A stretch of DNA of 64,000 nt, from contig JAPMXV010000032.1 of the NCBI GenBank assembly GCA_026936335.1, positions 248,001 to 312,000 on the forward strand, written 5' to 3'. Of this stretch, positions 9,586 to 23,500 are shown in pieces. The DNA comes from Mantamonas sphyraenae STR306. Its lineage: Eukaryota; Protista; CRuMs. The notes beneath the pieces are model-generated. The model searched no databases. It was not told the DNA's origin and saw only the letters and a program-made list of their open reading frames with translations. Both the position numbers and the translations under genes were made by a program. Within the stretch, counting starts at the first letter, position 1. Each line of letters starts with the position of its first letter.

Positions 9586-12500
9586 ATGGGACGTTCGCTC
9601 CTGAGAGTGGCGTTGATGGGTGCCTGTTGTTCTTTGCTTGCTTGGGCCGGCGCAACCCATCCGCCCGCCCTCTCATGGACCATCATGAGTGACGAGGAAC
9701 TGATTGGACCGGAGATTGCGGCGATCGTCATCGCCTCTGTCGCCGCCCTGTTCCTCATGTACTACCTCTTCCGCGTGGGCCGCCGTAAATGGCTCCAGCG
9801 GCAGGTCCGAAAGGCAAACACAGCCTACCGCTTCAATGTGGGCAACAAACGCCGCGAATTGGCAGAGTGAGTTGTCTTTGTGGCTGTTGCTCTTGCAGCC
9901 GGCCTTTTGTGTGTGGCCCTCTGTGTCCATATGCCACAACGCGGTGTTGCCGTTCCCGCCGCTCCCCATGCTTTTTCCTTCCAGCCCTGCTCACGCGCTG
10001 TGTTGACACACTCCTCTGTCACACGCCCAACCACAGGGGCACCACTCTTATTGCAAAGGATCAGTTGCGTATGGGCGTGCGCATCGGCTCCTCCACGCAC
10101 TCGGACGTCTTCAAGGGCGAGTACGACGGAGCGCGTGTGGCCATCAAGAAGCTCACCTCTTCGGCCCCGTCTGGCTTTAGTGAAGAGCTGCGGCAAATCA
10201 TGCGCACTCTCAACTCCACCCTGCTGTGAGTCGCCTCGCCTCCCCCTTTGCAGCCACCCCCGGGTGCCTGCCATGCCTCCATTTGCCTCGCTTCTTGCCC
10301 GCCGCTGACTCTTCTGGAACTCACCCACCAACAGCAATCTCAACCACCCGAGTCTGGTCAAGTACCACGGCTGCGTCCTGCAACCTCCTCACGTCATGCT
10401 CGTCCACGAATTCATGATGCACGAGTCGCTTGCCAGGGTCGTCCAGGTACGTTGCATGCCGCAGGGTCGCCTGCCCCAACACTCCCTCACACCCGTTTCT
10501 TCGGCGCCTCGCACTCCCACCCCCCGCAGGACCGCTCCATGGATCTGCGCTGGAGCAAACGCATCCAAATGGCTCTGGACGCTGCTAAAGGCCTCGCATA
10601 CGTCCACGAGTGTGGTCTGGTCCACGGCAACGTCCAGACAAAGAACTATCTGGTCGGCGACAAGATGAGCGTCAAACTCGGCGACCTCGGCGTTCGCGAA
10701 GTACTTCTTGCCCCTCGCGACGCCGAAGAGCCCGAGCTTTGTCCCCTGCATTTCTCCGCCCCGGAACTCCTCAAAGGCTTCCCCAGCACCTCCAACAGCG
10801 ATGTATATTCCTTCGGCATTGTGCTCTACGAGCTCATCACCCGCCAACCGGCCTTCCCCGGTACGTTGCTACCGTGCGCCACTTTCCATTGACTGTGTCC
10901 TCCCCATGCTGACCCTCTCTCCCTCCCTCTCTCTCTCCTTGACACGCACACCGCACACCCTCCACTTCACAGGCCGCATGCCTGTACAGGTTGCCATCGA
11001 CGCCCTGCGCGCTCGCAAGCACATTCCCCTCAACGAGTGGCCAGAGGACACCCCGAGAGCCTGCAAGCGATTGTGCGCTCATGCATGAACCCTGTGGCGA
11101 TGGTGCGTCCCACCATGTCCGAGGTGGTCGAACAGCTCGAGGCGGTGGAGATTCCGCCGCGCAGGCCACAAAACGAATCCCTCTGGACCATGCTCAGCCA
11201 GCCCAAAACCGCAGAAAAGCCTCAGGTGGCCCTTGTGGAGGTGCGCATTGTCGACGCCGCCCTGCACTGGACGCAGGCGCCCGAGGCTTTGCGGGACGCG
11301 AGCATTGTGTTCAACACTCTCGTGTGGCGCGTCCTCCGCTTGCCCAGCAACGTGATGGATCTCATCTTTACCGACGGCGAGTGTTTCCGCCTGGCCACCA
11401 CCTCTGTGCGCAACGCCGTCGAGTGGTGCTCCCGCATGCAGGAGATCCTTCACGAGGCAGAGTGGGACGACCAGTTGCTGGCGTATGCAGACGGCGACCA
11501 TCCCACACAGACAGGCGACAGCAACAGCACAAGTGAACGAGAACACCGTATCGCTCTGCCAGGCTCTGTCAGCGATGCCTCGCTGCCCCTGCACTCGTCG
11601 CTGGCTGAGCACAGCAGTGAGGAAACGGACGATGACAGCGACGACGACATCGTGGACGAGCGCGCCTACGACAACCTTGTAGCCAAACAGCAGGCCCAAC
11701 GTGCAGCCGCACGCACACAGGCACACAACGCATCCATGCGAGGCATGAAGCAAAGCCAGGCGTCGCCAATCGCTCGCCGTGCCGTTCTCAACGCAAACCA
11801 GCAGTCGCACAACAACGCCGCCGCTGCTGCTGCTGCTGCTGCGTCCGCTTCCCCATCGTCGTCGTCGCCTGGGGACAAGGACAAAACGGCAGTTGCACCC
11901 AAGTTGGGTACGGTGGGCCGAGCACGCAGCTTCACAGGCATTGCAGAGGACATGAAGCGCACGCAATCGGGGCGTGTGCTCATGACCCAGGGGGTCCGCG
12001 GCCTTGCCGTGGGCATGGCCGTCCACTATGGCGACATGGACAGCCGCAGGCATGGCCTGCGATACCATCGCACGGGCGACGGCCTGGACGAGCTAACCGA
12101 CCTCGCAAAGAATGCCCTCGGCGGCCAAGTGCTCGTCAGCGAAGCCGCTTGGCTGCAGACAGGCAAGCGCAGGCCCAAAAAGGTCGACGTCGAGCAAGCA
12201 GGCACCGTCAAACTCAAGCGACGCGACTCGGTGGTGTTCTCCGTCACTCCGGAGCGCCTCAAGGACCGTGCGGCCACATTTGCCGAAGCCTCGCAGCAGC
12301 GCAACCTGGAGCAGGCGGACCAGATGCCCACCACGCCGCAGGACGCCGAGGGACGCGACAAGTGGCTACTTACAGACGACGATCTCATGGCAGGCGGCAA
12401 GTGCATTGGCATGGGCACCTTTGGCGTCGTTTACGCCGTCAAACGCTTCCTGTCCGAACACCAGCTCGGATTCAACGACAGCGAGTATTCCACCGAAGTT

Positions 12501-13391
12501 GCAGCCATCAAAAAGCTGCGCGTGTCCTTCCACGACCACATCGAGATGGCCCATGTGCGCTACGAGGCCGTGCGCACACGCCTCCTCGGCTACCCGCATC
12601 TCTTTGTACCGTTCCACGGCCTCTTTGTAGATGCACGCACACACACCGTTGGGCTTGTCTACGACTACATGGGCTCGGGCAATGTCAGCCAGGCCGTGCG
12701 CAGCTGGGGCTTTGTCGCCCTTGCCGACAAGCTCAAGTGGGGCATGCAAATGGTTGAGGCGCTGCAAGTGTTGCACACCCAAGACCCACCCATCATCCAC
12801 GGCTCCCTTTCCCTTCGCAACATGCTCCTCGACGACGCTCTCGACGCACACATGATGGACTTTGGCTTCATCGAACAAAAGACAGAAGCCAAAAACACAA
12901 CATCGCCCTACTCCATCTCTTTCATTGCCCCCGAGATGCTTCTGGGTGGCAAACCCACCCTCAAGTCCGACCTCTACGCATTGGGCATTGCCCTCTACGA
13001 GCTCTTTGTCGGCTCACAACCCTACCCAGAGCTCACGGCCATGGAAATTGCCACACACGTCGTCAACGACGCACGTCCCCAGAGCAACATCATCATCGAT
13101 CCCATGATATCCGACCTGTGTGCTCTCCTGTGGCAACGCGACCCAGACGCACGCAGAGACATCGGTTACGTCGTCGACCAGCTCCAGGTCTACCGCGAGT
13201 ACGTACACACAGAGTTGCTCGGCGACACGGGTGAGAACCCACACTTGGTCATGGATGGGTCCACCCCACGCAGTGGAGGCAGCAAGGACTCGGATCGAGT
13301 CACCGGAATGGCCAGCAACCACGGATCTGGAATTGGGTTTTCGCGCAGGGTCGACCATTTGGGCAACTCGGGGAACAGTCTTCTCGCGTGA
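9586..13391 (+). CDS. Single-pass TM protein: TKL-like kinase domain, class III nucleotide cyclase domain, second kinase domain (all degenerate)
   Basis: Introns 9867-10036, 10226-10334, 10447-10529 and 10861-10972; -1 frameshift at the C-run 11051-11054. Kinase motifs VAIKKL, APE, DVYSFG; cyclase-like AVEWCSRMQ...W and GLAVGMAVHYG...GGQVLVS. Alternative start at 9685. Confidence 0.8.
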
Positions 13392-13432
13392 ACGAGAGAA
13401 TGTATGTACATATAAATGTCTATTGCCACACC

Positions 13433-14574
13433 TCACGACGACGACACGGAGGAGGACGACGAGGAAGACGAGGCAGACGACGACGTCGACATCGTCCCCC
13501 CACCAACTACGGCCGAATCTGATCCCACCGACGCGTCATCGCTGTTGCTTCCCGATTTTCCCACACTTGCGTGTTCATATTCGTCTTCGAGATCGTCGTC
13601 ATCATCCACATCGTCCAGGTCCACGTTCATGGCGGTCATCATCATCCCGTCGTCCCGCTGCACCCTGGCCAGCTGTGACACGGGCTGTGTGGCACCGTTC
13701 TCACGCAAGAATGACGCCACGTCATGGTACCTGTACTTTTCTGCAAAGTGCAGAGGCGTCAGGCCGTCAGTGTCCTTGCGGTTGATGTTTGCTCCGTTCT
13801 GCACCAGCAACTTCACAATGCTCAGGTGGCCGCCGTACGACGCATACTGCAGCGGACTCCAGCCCTCACGCTGCAGCACGTTCACATCCGCGCCATTCTC
13901 CAGCAGGTAGCCCACCACCTCGCTGTGGCCACGCGAGCTTGCAAAGTGCAACGGCGTCAACCGGTCATTGTCCATCACATTCACCTCCACCTCGCACTCC
14001 TCCACCAGAAACGTCACAATGTCCAGGTAGCCGTAGCAGCATGCCGTGTGCAGAGGCGTCCATCCGTCCTTGTGAAACGCGGCCGTCGGGTCCGCCCCGT
14101 ACTTCTTCAGCACCTTGACGATACTCAGGTCGCCTGCAACGCGTGTGTGTGCGTGTCCATGGTCCCAACACGCAAGTGTGTACATGGTACGAGAGCATGC
14201 AGACCCATGTGTGTGTGCGCCGTGTGTGCAGTGTGTCAGCGTGTGCGCTATCCAGGCTTTGAGAGCGCGCAAAACGGTCACCTCGCTGCGACTCGCCACC
14301 CACCTTGTGCCACAGCCACCAGGAACGGACTCTTGCGGTACTTGACCGAGCCGCCCACGTAGGCTCCTGCATCCAACAGCAATCGGATCACCTGCAGCCT
14401 CGCCGCCGTGTTGCTGCCTGTGTTCATGTTGTTGCCCAGAATCGTCTGGTGCAGCAACGTGTAACCATAGTTGTTTGTTTCGTTCACCTCCACCATCTCT
14501 GCCGTCATCAGCCGCTTCACTTCGTAAAAGTTGCCCGACTCGGCCGCCTCAAAGATGGTTGTTGAGCGCGACAT
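13433..14574 (-). CDS. Ankyrin-repeat protein with acidic/Ser-rich tail
   Basis: Intron 14303-14134. Repeats GWTPLHTA, LTPLHFA, GWSPLQYA, GLTPLHFA. Confidence 0.88.
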
Positions 14575-14619
14575 ATTGCTGCAGGTTTTGTTCCCTGCCG
14601 CTGCGCATCCACTCTCTTT

Positions 14620-16256
14620 TCATTCAAGGTCATCGAAGAAAGTGCTCCTCTCCTTCTTGTTCTTGTACTTGCTCTTGACCTTGCCCCGCTTCTTGGTCGA
14701 TTCCTCATGTTGTTGTTCAACCTGTCGCAAAAAGCCCCTGGAAGAGGACGAAGATGACGACGACGACGACGACGACGACGCCACACGCACATCTTCGTGA
14801 TCCTGAGCGCTTGTGTCGATGTCAAACTCGATTTCGGCGCCCTCGTCCTCGTCCTCGTCCTCCCGTCCCCGCGAGTGATCAAACACATACTCCTCCTCCT
14901 CCCCATCTTCATCGTCATCATCATCCTCATCATCCTCATCGCCGTGTTCGTATTCCTCCCCATCCTCGTCCACCAGCAGTCTGCTCTCCCTGTACCCCTC
15001 CAGGTAGTCGATATTCCAAAACTTGACCTTCATGTCGTGCGAACACGAGGCCACAAACAGGCCGTCGTGCGACAGGTCGATGCGCTCCACGGGGAAATCG
15101 GGGTGCTCACCCACCACGCCCATCACGGCATTGGGATGGATGGCCACCGCGCGCACAAGGCCGTCCGACGAGCCTACCAACACCACATGTTCGTCGTACG
15201 CCACCATGCAATCCAGCGAATTGGGCAACCCCGGAATGCGGTCGCTCATGTCACCAAAGTCATCCCAGCTGTACACCATCACCACGCCCTCCTGCGAGCC
15301 ACACACCACCTTGTCACCCCACTTCAGAAGCGCCAACGACAGGATCTCGTCTTCCGTGTGGTCCGACTTGGCGTACAGCTTGCCCTTTCGCACATCCAGC
15401 ACACTCAGGCATCCATCTCCTCCGCCTGTGCACAGCATCTGCTTCTCGTGGTGGTACGCCATCGACGACACATAGTCCGTCGACTCGTGAAACTTCCTGT
15501 GGGTCGTAAAGAACACAACGACGTCAGCAACTCGCCCAACACAACCACACACGTGCCACGCCTTCTCTGTGCTCTCTGTCCTGCGTCCTCCCCCACGTAC
15601 ATGGCACATTTCTGCTTTCGCAAGTCCCAGATCTTCACGTAGCCGTCGTCGTCGCCTGTGGCCAGCAAATCGTGCTCATAGTTCAGCATGCTGTTGATAG
15701 GGTGCCTGTGCATAGTCCGATACATCACATGGTCATGGTCCGGTTCATGTACGCTGGGTCAGTCGCTCTGCGTGGCTGGGCCCCCACCCATGGCTTCGAT
15801 TTTCTGGGGAAAGGTCCGCCGGGCTGGCTCTCGTCCGGCTGCCTGTGTCCACACACACTCCACTCACCCATGCGCCTTCTTGGTGGCCAGCAGTTCACCC
15901 GCTTCCACATCCACAATGGCCACAGTCTTGTCTGCACTGCAAGAGAACAGGTCTGAGCGTTGGTCAACCGCGCCCGGGGGGGTGCTGGTGAGTGAGTGTC
16001 CAGCGCATTGGCCACACCGCGTCATCCCACACGCCCTGCACAACTCACGAGCTCCATCCAGCGAGAATTGCACAGCACGGCACGCCTCCTCGTGGTAGTC
16101 AAAGTAGCCCAACTCGTCGCACCCGTCCGGGTGATACGCATGGATCGACACCTCGCCCGTGATCAGTCCTGTGGCCACCAACTCTTCCTTAGGGTGGAAT
16201 CCAACGTCATACACCAAATCCTGGAATTCAATATCTGGGATTTCGACCACCGACAT
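14620..16256 (-). CDS. WDR55: WD repeat protein 55 / JIP5 (nucleolar)
   Basis: Introns 16048-15953, 15867-15706 and 15600-15497. ATGDDDGYVKIWD, GSSDGLVR..IHPN, ASCSHD.KVKFW, acidic tract and terminal FFDDL typical of WDR55. Confidence 0.88.
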
Positions 16257-16291
16257 GCTTTCGTCTGATCCACTGCCTCACTCAGCGCTCC

Positions 16292-19200
16292 TCACTCCCG
16301 TTTCTGTTCGTCCACTTCTTCCACTTCTTCCTGTGCCCCCTCCTCTTTGTCCACAGCCTGCATCACAGCCACCACTGCATCCACACACTCCTGCGCTTGC
16401 GTCGTATCCACTCCATCTTCTGTCCAATCGAATCCACACAGCCACTCGCGCGCCGTCGTCGTGGCTTGCCCTTCGCCTCCCTCCTGGCACGCTGTGCAGT
16501 TGCGCAGCTGTCGCTCTGCCCCATGCAATGCAAGCACAGTCGCAAACTCAGTCGGCATGCGATTCAGCGAACGATACGACGTCGCAGACGCAAGGCACCC
16601 GCGACATATCGCTTGCCGATCCAGAAGCGTCGTGTCCACGCCATTCTCACGCAGCACATCGTGCACAAACCTGTCCAGCAATGCCAAACACGGACCCACT
16701 GTGTACTTGAGCTGTGCCTTCCCAGTGCGCGCAAGGACCAAAAGGTGGTCGTCCTCTGAGCGCACCACGTATCCCCGCACACCCCCGCCTTCCTCCATCT
16801 CCACACACAACCAGTTGCGGTGGATAGTGCACTCGTGCATGGCCAGTTCTTCCTTTCCGCGCACCTGCACAGCACGCTGCACAAGCGCAAACATGCCCAG
16901 CGGCAGCTTGCTCGCATCGATCAACGCATACTCTTCCCATCGGTACCGCACCGCTACCACCGCTTCGTTCCCCTCCACGGGTCTGTGAAACTCCTCCATC
17001 AGCTCTTCCGTCTCGCTGTACATGTGCGACGGCACCAGCACGCTCGTCTCGTCCACGCTCACCATTCGCCCAAACTCCTCCAGCAAACGCGTCATCTGCT
17101 CGGCAATCTGTTCCAGAGACTCTCCAGATGCACTTCTCACCTGCCCTTGTTGCTTCTGCTGCTGCTGCTTGTGCTGCTCTTGCTGCTGCTGATGCTCGTT
17201 TCCGCCACCGCCACTCAGACGGAAATCCCTCACGCTGATCGATGCACGCCACGTCTCCCTCCCTGAATCGTGCGCACTACTGCCACCTTGCGAGCCCACC
17301 GAACCCTCAAACAGGGTGCTGGACGACGAAGAAAGCAACGACGCCGCAGAGGTGCCCATCCCGGACGCGCCAAACAGATTCGTCACGGAAAAGCTCGACG
17401 ACTTTGAATCGGCCACCGCCAGCTGTGCGCGTCCCACCTCCATGCCTTCCATGCTATTTCCTCCACTTTGATCCATCTCCTCCATTGTCAGCGTGCCTTG
17501 CTTGTCGTGCACGTCCAGCAGCACCAGCGACTCGTACAGCCCACACATCACCGCTTGCAGAGGGCCGCGTGGCGCCACAAACGCATCCCCTAGCTGCGCT
17601 TGCAGCCACATCATGATCAAACGCAGGTTGTGGTGCAACTCTTGCGTCGGCTTGGCCTCGCGTAGCGATGCAGGGATCGCAAACGTGCCCAGCAGGTGTC
17701 CCAGCCAACGCATGTCCACCACAATCCACGTGCTCCCTGCAGGGTCGTTCTGAAGATCAAAGATGGGCGGCGAAATCAGAATGCGGCCCAGGCTCTGCAA
17801 CCGATCCAAACACTTCAACAGAGGGCGGTTGTTCCGGCCGCAAAAGTTTTGCTTGCATCCGTCCACGTGCGCCACCACGTCCTTCAGCCGTGCAAACGTG
17901 ATCCACTCCTCTTCCCATCCGTTCAGAAGCGTCAACAGCCCTTGGATCGGTTCGTCTGGCAGCGGATCTTGCTTCAGCTCCAGCCGCAGCACCGTCAGCA
18001 TCAGCTTGTCCATAAACCCCTTGATCGCCTCCACGTCCGGTCTCGACAGTGTGTCAATGGCGAAAACGTCGTAAACACCCACAGGCGCCCCCACGTCTGC
18101 CTCGGTCAGCGGTCTGAGCCCTTCCCGTACCTGTGCCTCCACCTCCTCCGGGCTCAGCGCACGCTCGCCTGCAGTCGATGCATACAGGTCGTAGAATGTA
18201 CACACGCATGCAAACGACGGCCGCATTGCCTGGCCCTTCATCGACGACCGCGCACGGGTCATCATGTTGCCCAACGTGCTCACCAAATCCTCCACATTCA
18301 GCGGCTCCCCGGGGCTCTCGATCAGACGCACCACAAGCACAAACAGACCCGACTGGCTGCACCAGAACATGGGGTGTGCGGGAATGTCCTCGTACTGACA
18401 TCCCAAATCAAACGTGGTCGCGACACTACCTCGCTGGTCCAGCTTGAACTCCATCTGCCGCATGTCCATCGCTCGCCAGCTGTCGTACGACGCGGCTTCC
18501 GCGGGATACTTGCGATGCTCCTCCAAGTCGTCCAAAAAGTAGTCGTTCCCCTTGCTGTGGCGCAGCTGCAGATGTTGCAGCAGACTCGTTCTCCCGGATT
18601 CGGCCTTGCCGATCACTCGGAACGACGTCAAGCGTGCGGCAGGCACCTCTTTGCTTCCGTCTCGTAGCTGTCGATACAAGCTCGTCCGTGGGATGTACGT
18701 CAGGCTGGATTGCTTGCCGCGCACGCGCACGTCCACCTGCCTGTACATGCGCGACTGTGAGTGGAACCGCCACGGCAGCGTGTCGATGAACGTCTCTCGC
18801 AGGTCCAGGATTTCCAGCAGAGACAGCTCAGTGACAATGTCTGGCAGCGTGCAAACCCGCAGCATCACATCCTCCTCGTTTTCCTGTTTCAGGTGCAATG
18901 ACACAGTCTGTGGTTTGCGCGACACCACACCCATCAGCTTGCGCTCCAGTTCGTCGTACGAGTGGAACGTCAGCTTCACCGGACGATGTTGCCACAGAAT
19001 CAGCGGTTCGCGATCTTCACGAAGCCCGTACCTCTCCTCCCCGTCCTCTTCATCCTCGTCCACAGACGCCTTTCGTGTCACCTTGGCCACCAGTTTGCCC
19101 ACTACAGTGCTTCCCCTTTTGCGCAGCGGAGGCGGGCTCTTGCGCTTGTCGCTGTCCGCACGGATGTTTGAACTGCTGCTGCTGCTGCTGCTGCTACTAC

Positions 19201-20476
19201 TACTACTGCTGCTACCGGCCCCATCGCCATCCCCACTGCCGTCTTCGCGCATCGATGATCCTGCACGCCGTGGCACATCAATGCGAAAGCATTCCACCTC
19301 GGTGTGGTCTTCCAGAAAGTACCGTGCCGTCTTGCGCCCGATTCCCTGGCCCATCATCGACACGTACCGTAGTGACGACACGCCAATGTGCTTCATGGCT
19401 GTGCTAAGTGTGCGCAGGCCGTTCTTTCCGATGTTCTGATGGTCCAGCACCAATTCCTGCACCGATCCTTGCAAGAACGGCCCAAGCTCCTCCACAACCA
19501 TCCCTTCTGCCGTGATACGTCGAGACACACTGTCTGCGTCCGCCACAATGTGCACCTTTTGCAGCGTGCGCACACTCTCCCCGCAAAGCAGCATCGAGAA
19601 CAGCTCGTTGCCAAACTTTGAACATTTGTACAATTTGAGTGAACGGAGCACAGGCGTGTCCTTTCCACCCAGCTCCAAGCTGGAGTGCACCTCTTCCTCC
19701 GTCCGGACGCTGTTGTCTATCCAATGGAGGATCCCAGGCACCAGCGCCTTGTCTTCCGGTGTGTTTTCCCCTGTGTGTGGCGGACATGGTGGTGGTGGTG
19801 GTGGGTTTTTTGCGTGGCAAATGGCTCGTGTCAGCGCTTCGCCCTCTGCGCGCCATCAGCTCTCCTCTTTCTGGCCATTAAACCCCACCCTCCATGCCAC
19901 GTCGTGTCGAGTTCAACCACACGCAACCCCTGTGGTTTTGACATGCCCCTCTCGACACCTCACGCCTGCCATCAAGCACAACGTACCGATTTTGACCAGC
20001 GCGTCGCCTGCTGTGGTGAAAAAGTGCTTTGTGTCCACCACCTTGCTTGCGTTCTTGATCTTTTTGTACTGTGGCCGAGCGGGTACAAACAGGTCTTCTG
20101 CCTTGGATCTCCGGTTGCCACCCAGGTTGACCACGCCGATCAGTTCTTTGCCCGGTCCAAGCGCCGTTGCGCCCGTCCGTCCCAGCCGCTGCACGCCCCC
20201 GCTTCCCTCGCCGCTGTCCATGTCCCCAGCCACCTCTGCGTCCAGGTGGCTCACGTACACGTGCGAGCACTTTGCGCAATTGTCCCGAAACATGCCATGA
20301 GGCACAAACTCCCCGCAGTCGCACTCCTCCACTCGGCACGGTCCGCCCTGCATCACCTTTGCAAACCTCCCCGTCTGACGCAGTAGCCTGTCCTTCCCAC
20401 GTCCCCCGCTGCTTTTCTTCCCTCCTCCCCCTCTTCCGTCTCCCCCACTCTTGCGCTCGTTCTGCCGATGGGCCAT
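16292..20476 (-). CDS. ROCO-like protein: N-terminal Cys/His finger, LRR, degenerate ROC GTPase, COR
   Basis: Exon 1 is 20476-19987; intron 19986-19771 joins it in frame to the long ORF. VIGKAESGRTSLL P-loop, FDLGCQ...H..F...LFVLV, and COR-like WIVVDMRWL and LPLGMF. Confidence 0.7.
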
Positions 20477-20539
20477 CGCGGAGCTGGTGGCCAAAAAAGA
20501 GTTGCCTTCTTGAGCGCTCACTGTCTCTATTGAGCTCAA

Positions 20540-23500
20540 TCAATCATCACTGTTCCCCCTCTCCCTTTGCAAATGCACACTCTGTCTCGCCAGTTGCTCC
20601 GCAAGCTGCTGGATCTCCGTCCGGGCTGCGTTGAGATCCGACTCCAGCTCCGCCTCGCTCGCCTCTGCCTCCACCAGCCGTTCTTGCGTCTCCTTCAGCT
20701 CCTGCCGCGTCCCCTCCAACTCCCGCATCAGCTTCGGGTCTGCTTCCTCCCACGACGCCAATTCCCGTTCGTACTCGACCAGGAAGCCCTTGAGCTGGTC
20801 TCGCTCCTGCTCCACCGCGTTCACACGCTGCTGTCGTGCACTCAGTTGCCCCTCCAGATCCTCCGCCCGACTGCGTGCGCTGCGCAGGTCCTTTTGCAGC
20901 ACTTCCACCTCGTACTGGCTGTTGCTCAGCTCCCGTTGCAGTCTCTGTGTTTCTGTTGCCAGAGTCTCGCGTGCCTGGTGCACGCCCTTCAGCTGCTGCG
21001 TCAGATCGTTCGCCTTGGTTTCAAAGTACTCCAGCTGGTCCTGCAAGTTCTTCATCTTGTTCGCCGTGTTCGCCGTGTTCATGTGCGACTCCATCTCCCG
21101 TGCCCGCTCGTCGTTCAGCAGCCGCTCCAACTCGTCCACACGCATGCCCGCCTGCACCAGCCGTTCGTGCAGTCCGTCCCTCTCCATCGACGCCGCCTCC
21201 AGCATCTCTCGCAACCGTGCGTTCTGCCGTCCGTACTCGGCCACACTGTTGTGCAACTCCTGATTGTTGCTCTCCACCGCCTGCCTCGCATCCGCTGCCT
21301 GCACCACCTGCCGCATCTGCTCGTCCCGCTCACGTGCCAACGTCTCCACTTCCCTGTGCAGATGTTCCGTCGTCCGAGTCAGCTCGTTCAGCTGCCGCTC
21401 CATCGATTGCATCTCCACCTCCTGCTGCGCAACTTTGTCCTGCAGCTCCTGGTTCATGTGTCGCAGTCGCATTCCTTCCTCCTCTTTGCTCTTCAGCTCC
21501 GTCTTGTACGCCGCCAGCTCGTGCTCCACGTGGTGGCTCGCCGTCACCAGCCGCTGGTTCTCGTCGCTCAGACCCCGGAACGACACCATCAAGTCTTCCC
21601 GCTCCTGCTCCTTGCCCTTCACCAGCTCCTCGCTGTACACCACCCTCGACACATACTCCGACATCTCCGACGCCAGCGTGTCCTTCTCCGCCGCCACCTG
21701 CATCAGCTCGCTGTTAATGTACTGGTTCTCCTTTGTCATTGCCGTCAAGTCCTCCTTCAGGTTGCGCACAAGCTCCTCACGCGCCGTGTACTGCCGCTCG
21801 AACTCGTTGCGCTCCAGCGACACCTTGTCCACGTGCTGTCGCAGCGACTCGATCGTCCTCTCCCGCTGGTTCAGTTGTTCCGCCTGGATTTCCAGCTGTC
21901 GTTTCAGAGAGTCCAGTTTGCCCCGCAGATCGCTCGTCTCTTCGCTTGCGCTCTCCTTCATGTTCTTCATCGATGCAATCTGTTCGCTCTTGTGGTCCAG
22001 TTCGTTCTGCATCATGTCCCGCTCCCTGTCCAGCGCCTGCAGCGAGCTGACCAGCTCTTGCACCTCCTTCTCCTTGCTCACCAGCTCGTCACGCAGGTCC
22101 TCCACCTTGCCCTGCATCTCCTCTTCCGCCTGTTCCTTGCTCGTCAATGTGTTGCGCGCCTCGGTCAGCTCTGCGTTCAGGTCGTCGTTCGCGCGTGTCA
22201 GCGCCGTCACAAGCGCCTTGAGCTGCTCGATGTACGCCGCCTTGTCCAGATTGTCCGCACGTGCACGCCCCGACGCCGTCGTCACCTTTTGCACCTGTCC
22301 CTGGTACTCGTGCAAACGCTTGCTCATCTCCTGCAACTCCTTGATTGCCGAGTCCCGCTCCTTCTCCACCGCCTCAAGTGCTGCCGCCGTTTCTTCCGCC
22401 TCTTCGTTCAGCTCTGTAAACAGCGTGCGGTACTTGTCTGCCTCGACGCGTGCCACCTCCTCCTTGCTCCGCAGTACCCCCATCTCCTGCGCCAACACTT
22501 TCAGTTCGCGCTCCTTCGAGTCGCGTTCGGCACGCAGCTGTGACAGCGCATCCGTGCTCGCCATCCCTTCGCGCTTCATCTCACTCTGTGCTTCCTTGCT
22601 CGCAGTCAGCTCCTGCTGCGCTCGCACCAACTGACCGGCCAAATCGTCCCGGTCTGCGTTGATGTCCTGCAGTTGCTTGCGGAACGCTTGCATCTTGGTT
22701 GCAAACGTCTTGGTGGCTCCCATCAGCCTGCTGCGCTCTTGAGCCAGGGTTTCGATCGCTTGCTGCATCTCTGCCATCTGTGCCTCCTTGGCCGCCGCCG
22801 AGCGCTGATTGCTCTCTGCCTCCTGCCGCACGCGTTCCAGCTGCAGCTCCAGCCGCTTGTTTGTTGTGCTCGCCTCGGCCAGCTGCTCCAGGTACTGTGT
22901 GTTCTTGCGCTCAAACACACTCAGCCTTTCCTTGATGGTTTCCATGTGCGCCTGGCGCTGCTGCGCAGTCATGAAGCTGCCCTCCATCTCTTCCATTGCC
23001 TGGCGCTGCTCCTGCAGGTCCCGCGACAGTTCCGCCGTGTGCTCCTTGTACAGATCAACCTCCGACTCCAGCTGCTGGGCACGCGTCTGCCACTGATCCA
23101 ACTCTGCGCGCAGTTGTGTGATCGCACGCTCCTCCACGTTCACCTTGGACATGAGGTTATCCCTGTCCTTCGTCACCTGTTCAACACGCTTCTCTGCCGT
23201 CTCTGCCGTCTCTGCCAGCTTGGCCTTGTCCCGCACCAGCTTCTGGGTCTGCTGCAACAGCGTTTGCTGCTGCTTTGTCGCGCCCGACTGCTCGCGCCGC
23301 AGTGTGTCCCGCTCCTCCGTCACAATGCTCAGCTGCTTCTGCAGGTCGCTCACTTGCTGCGCGTACCGCGAGCTGATGTCTTCCAGCTCCTGCGCCTCTG
23401 TGCGTGCGTTGCTGGCCTCGCGTTGCAGCCTTTCCACCTGCTTGTTGGCGTCGCGCAGCTCGTCCTCCAACGCCTGGTGGTTGTTCTCCAGCATCTCTTT

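Noticed and set aside
9533-9604. Possible C/D box snoRNA (GTGATGA...CTGA)
   Set aside because: No terminal stem or recognisable guide sequence; the TGA repeat explains the apparent box C.
14575-20539. General TGA readthrough fusing tandem genes (WDR55>ankyrin and CEP135>ROCO are in frame across one TGA)
   Set aside because: Only about a third of tandem junctions are in frame, which is the chance rate, and the upstream proteins end at normal-looking C-termini.
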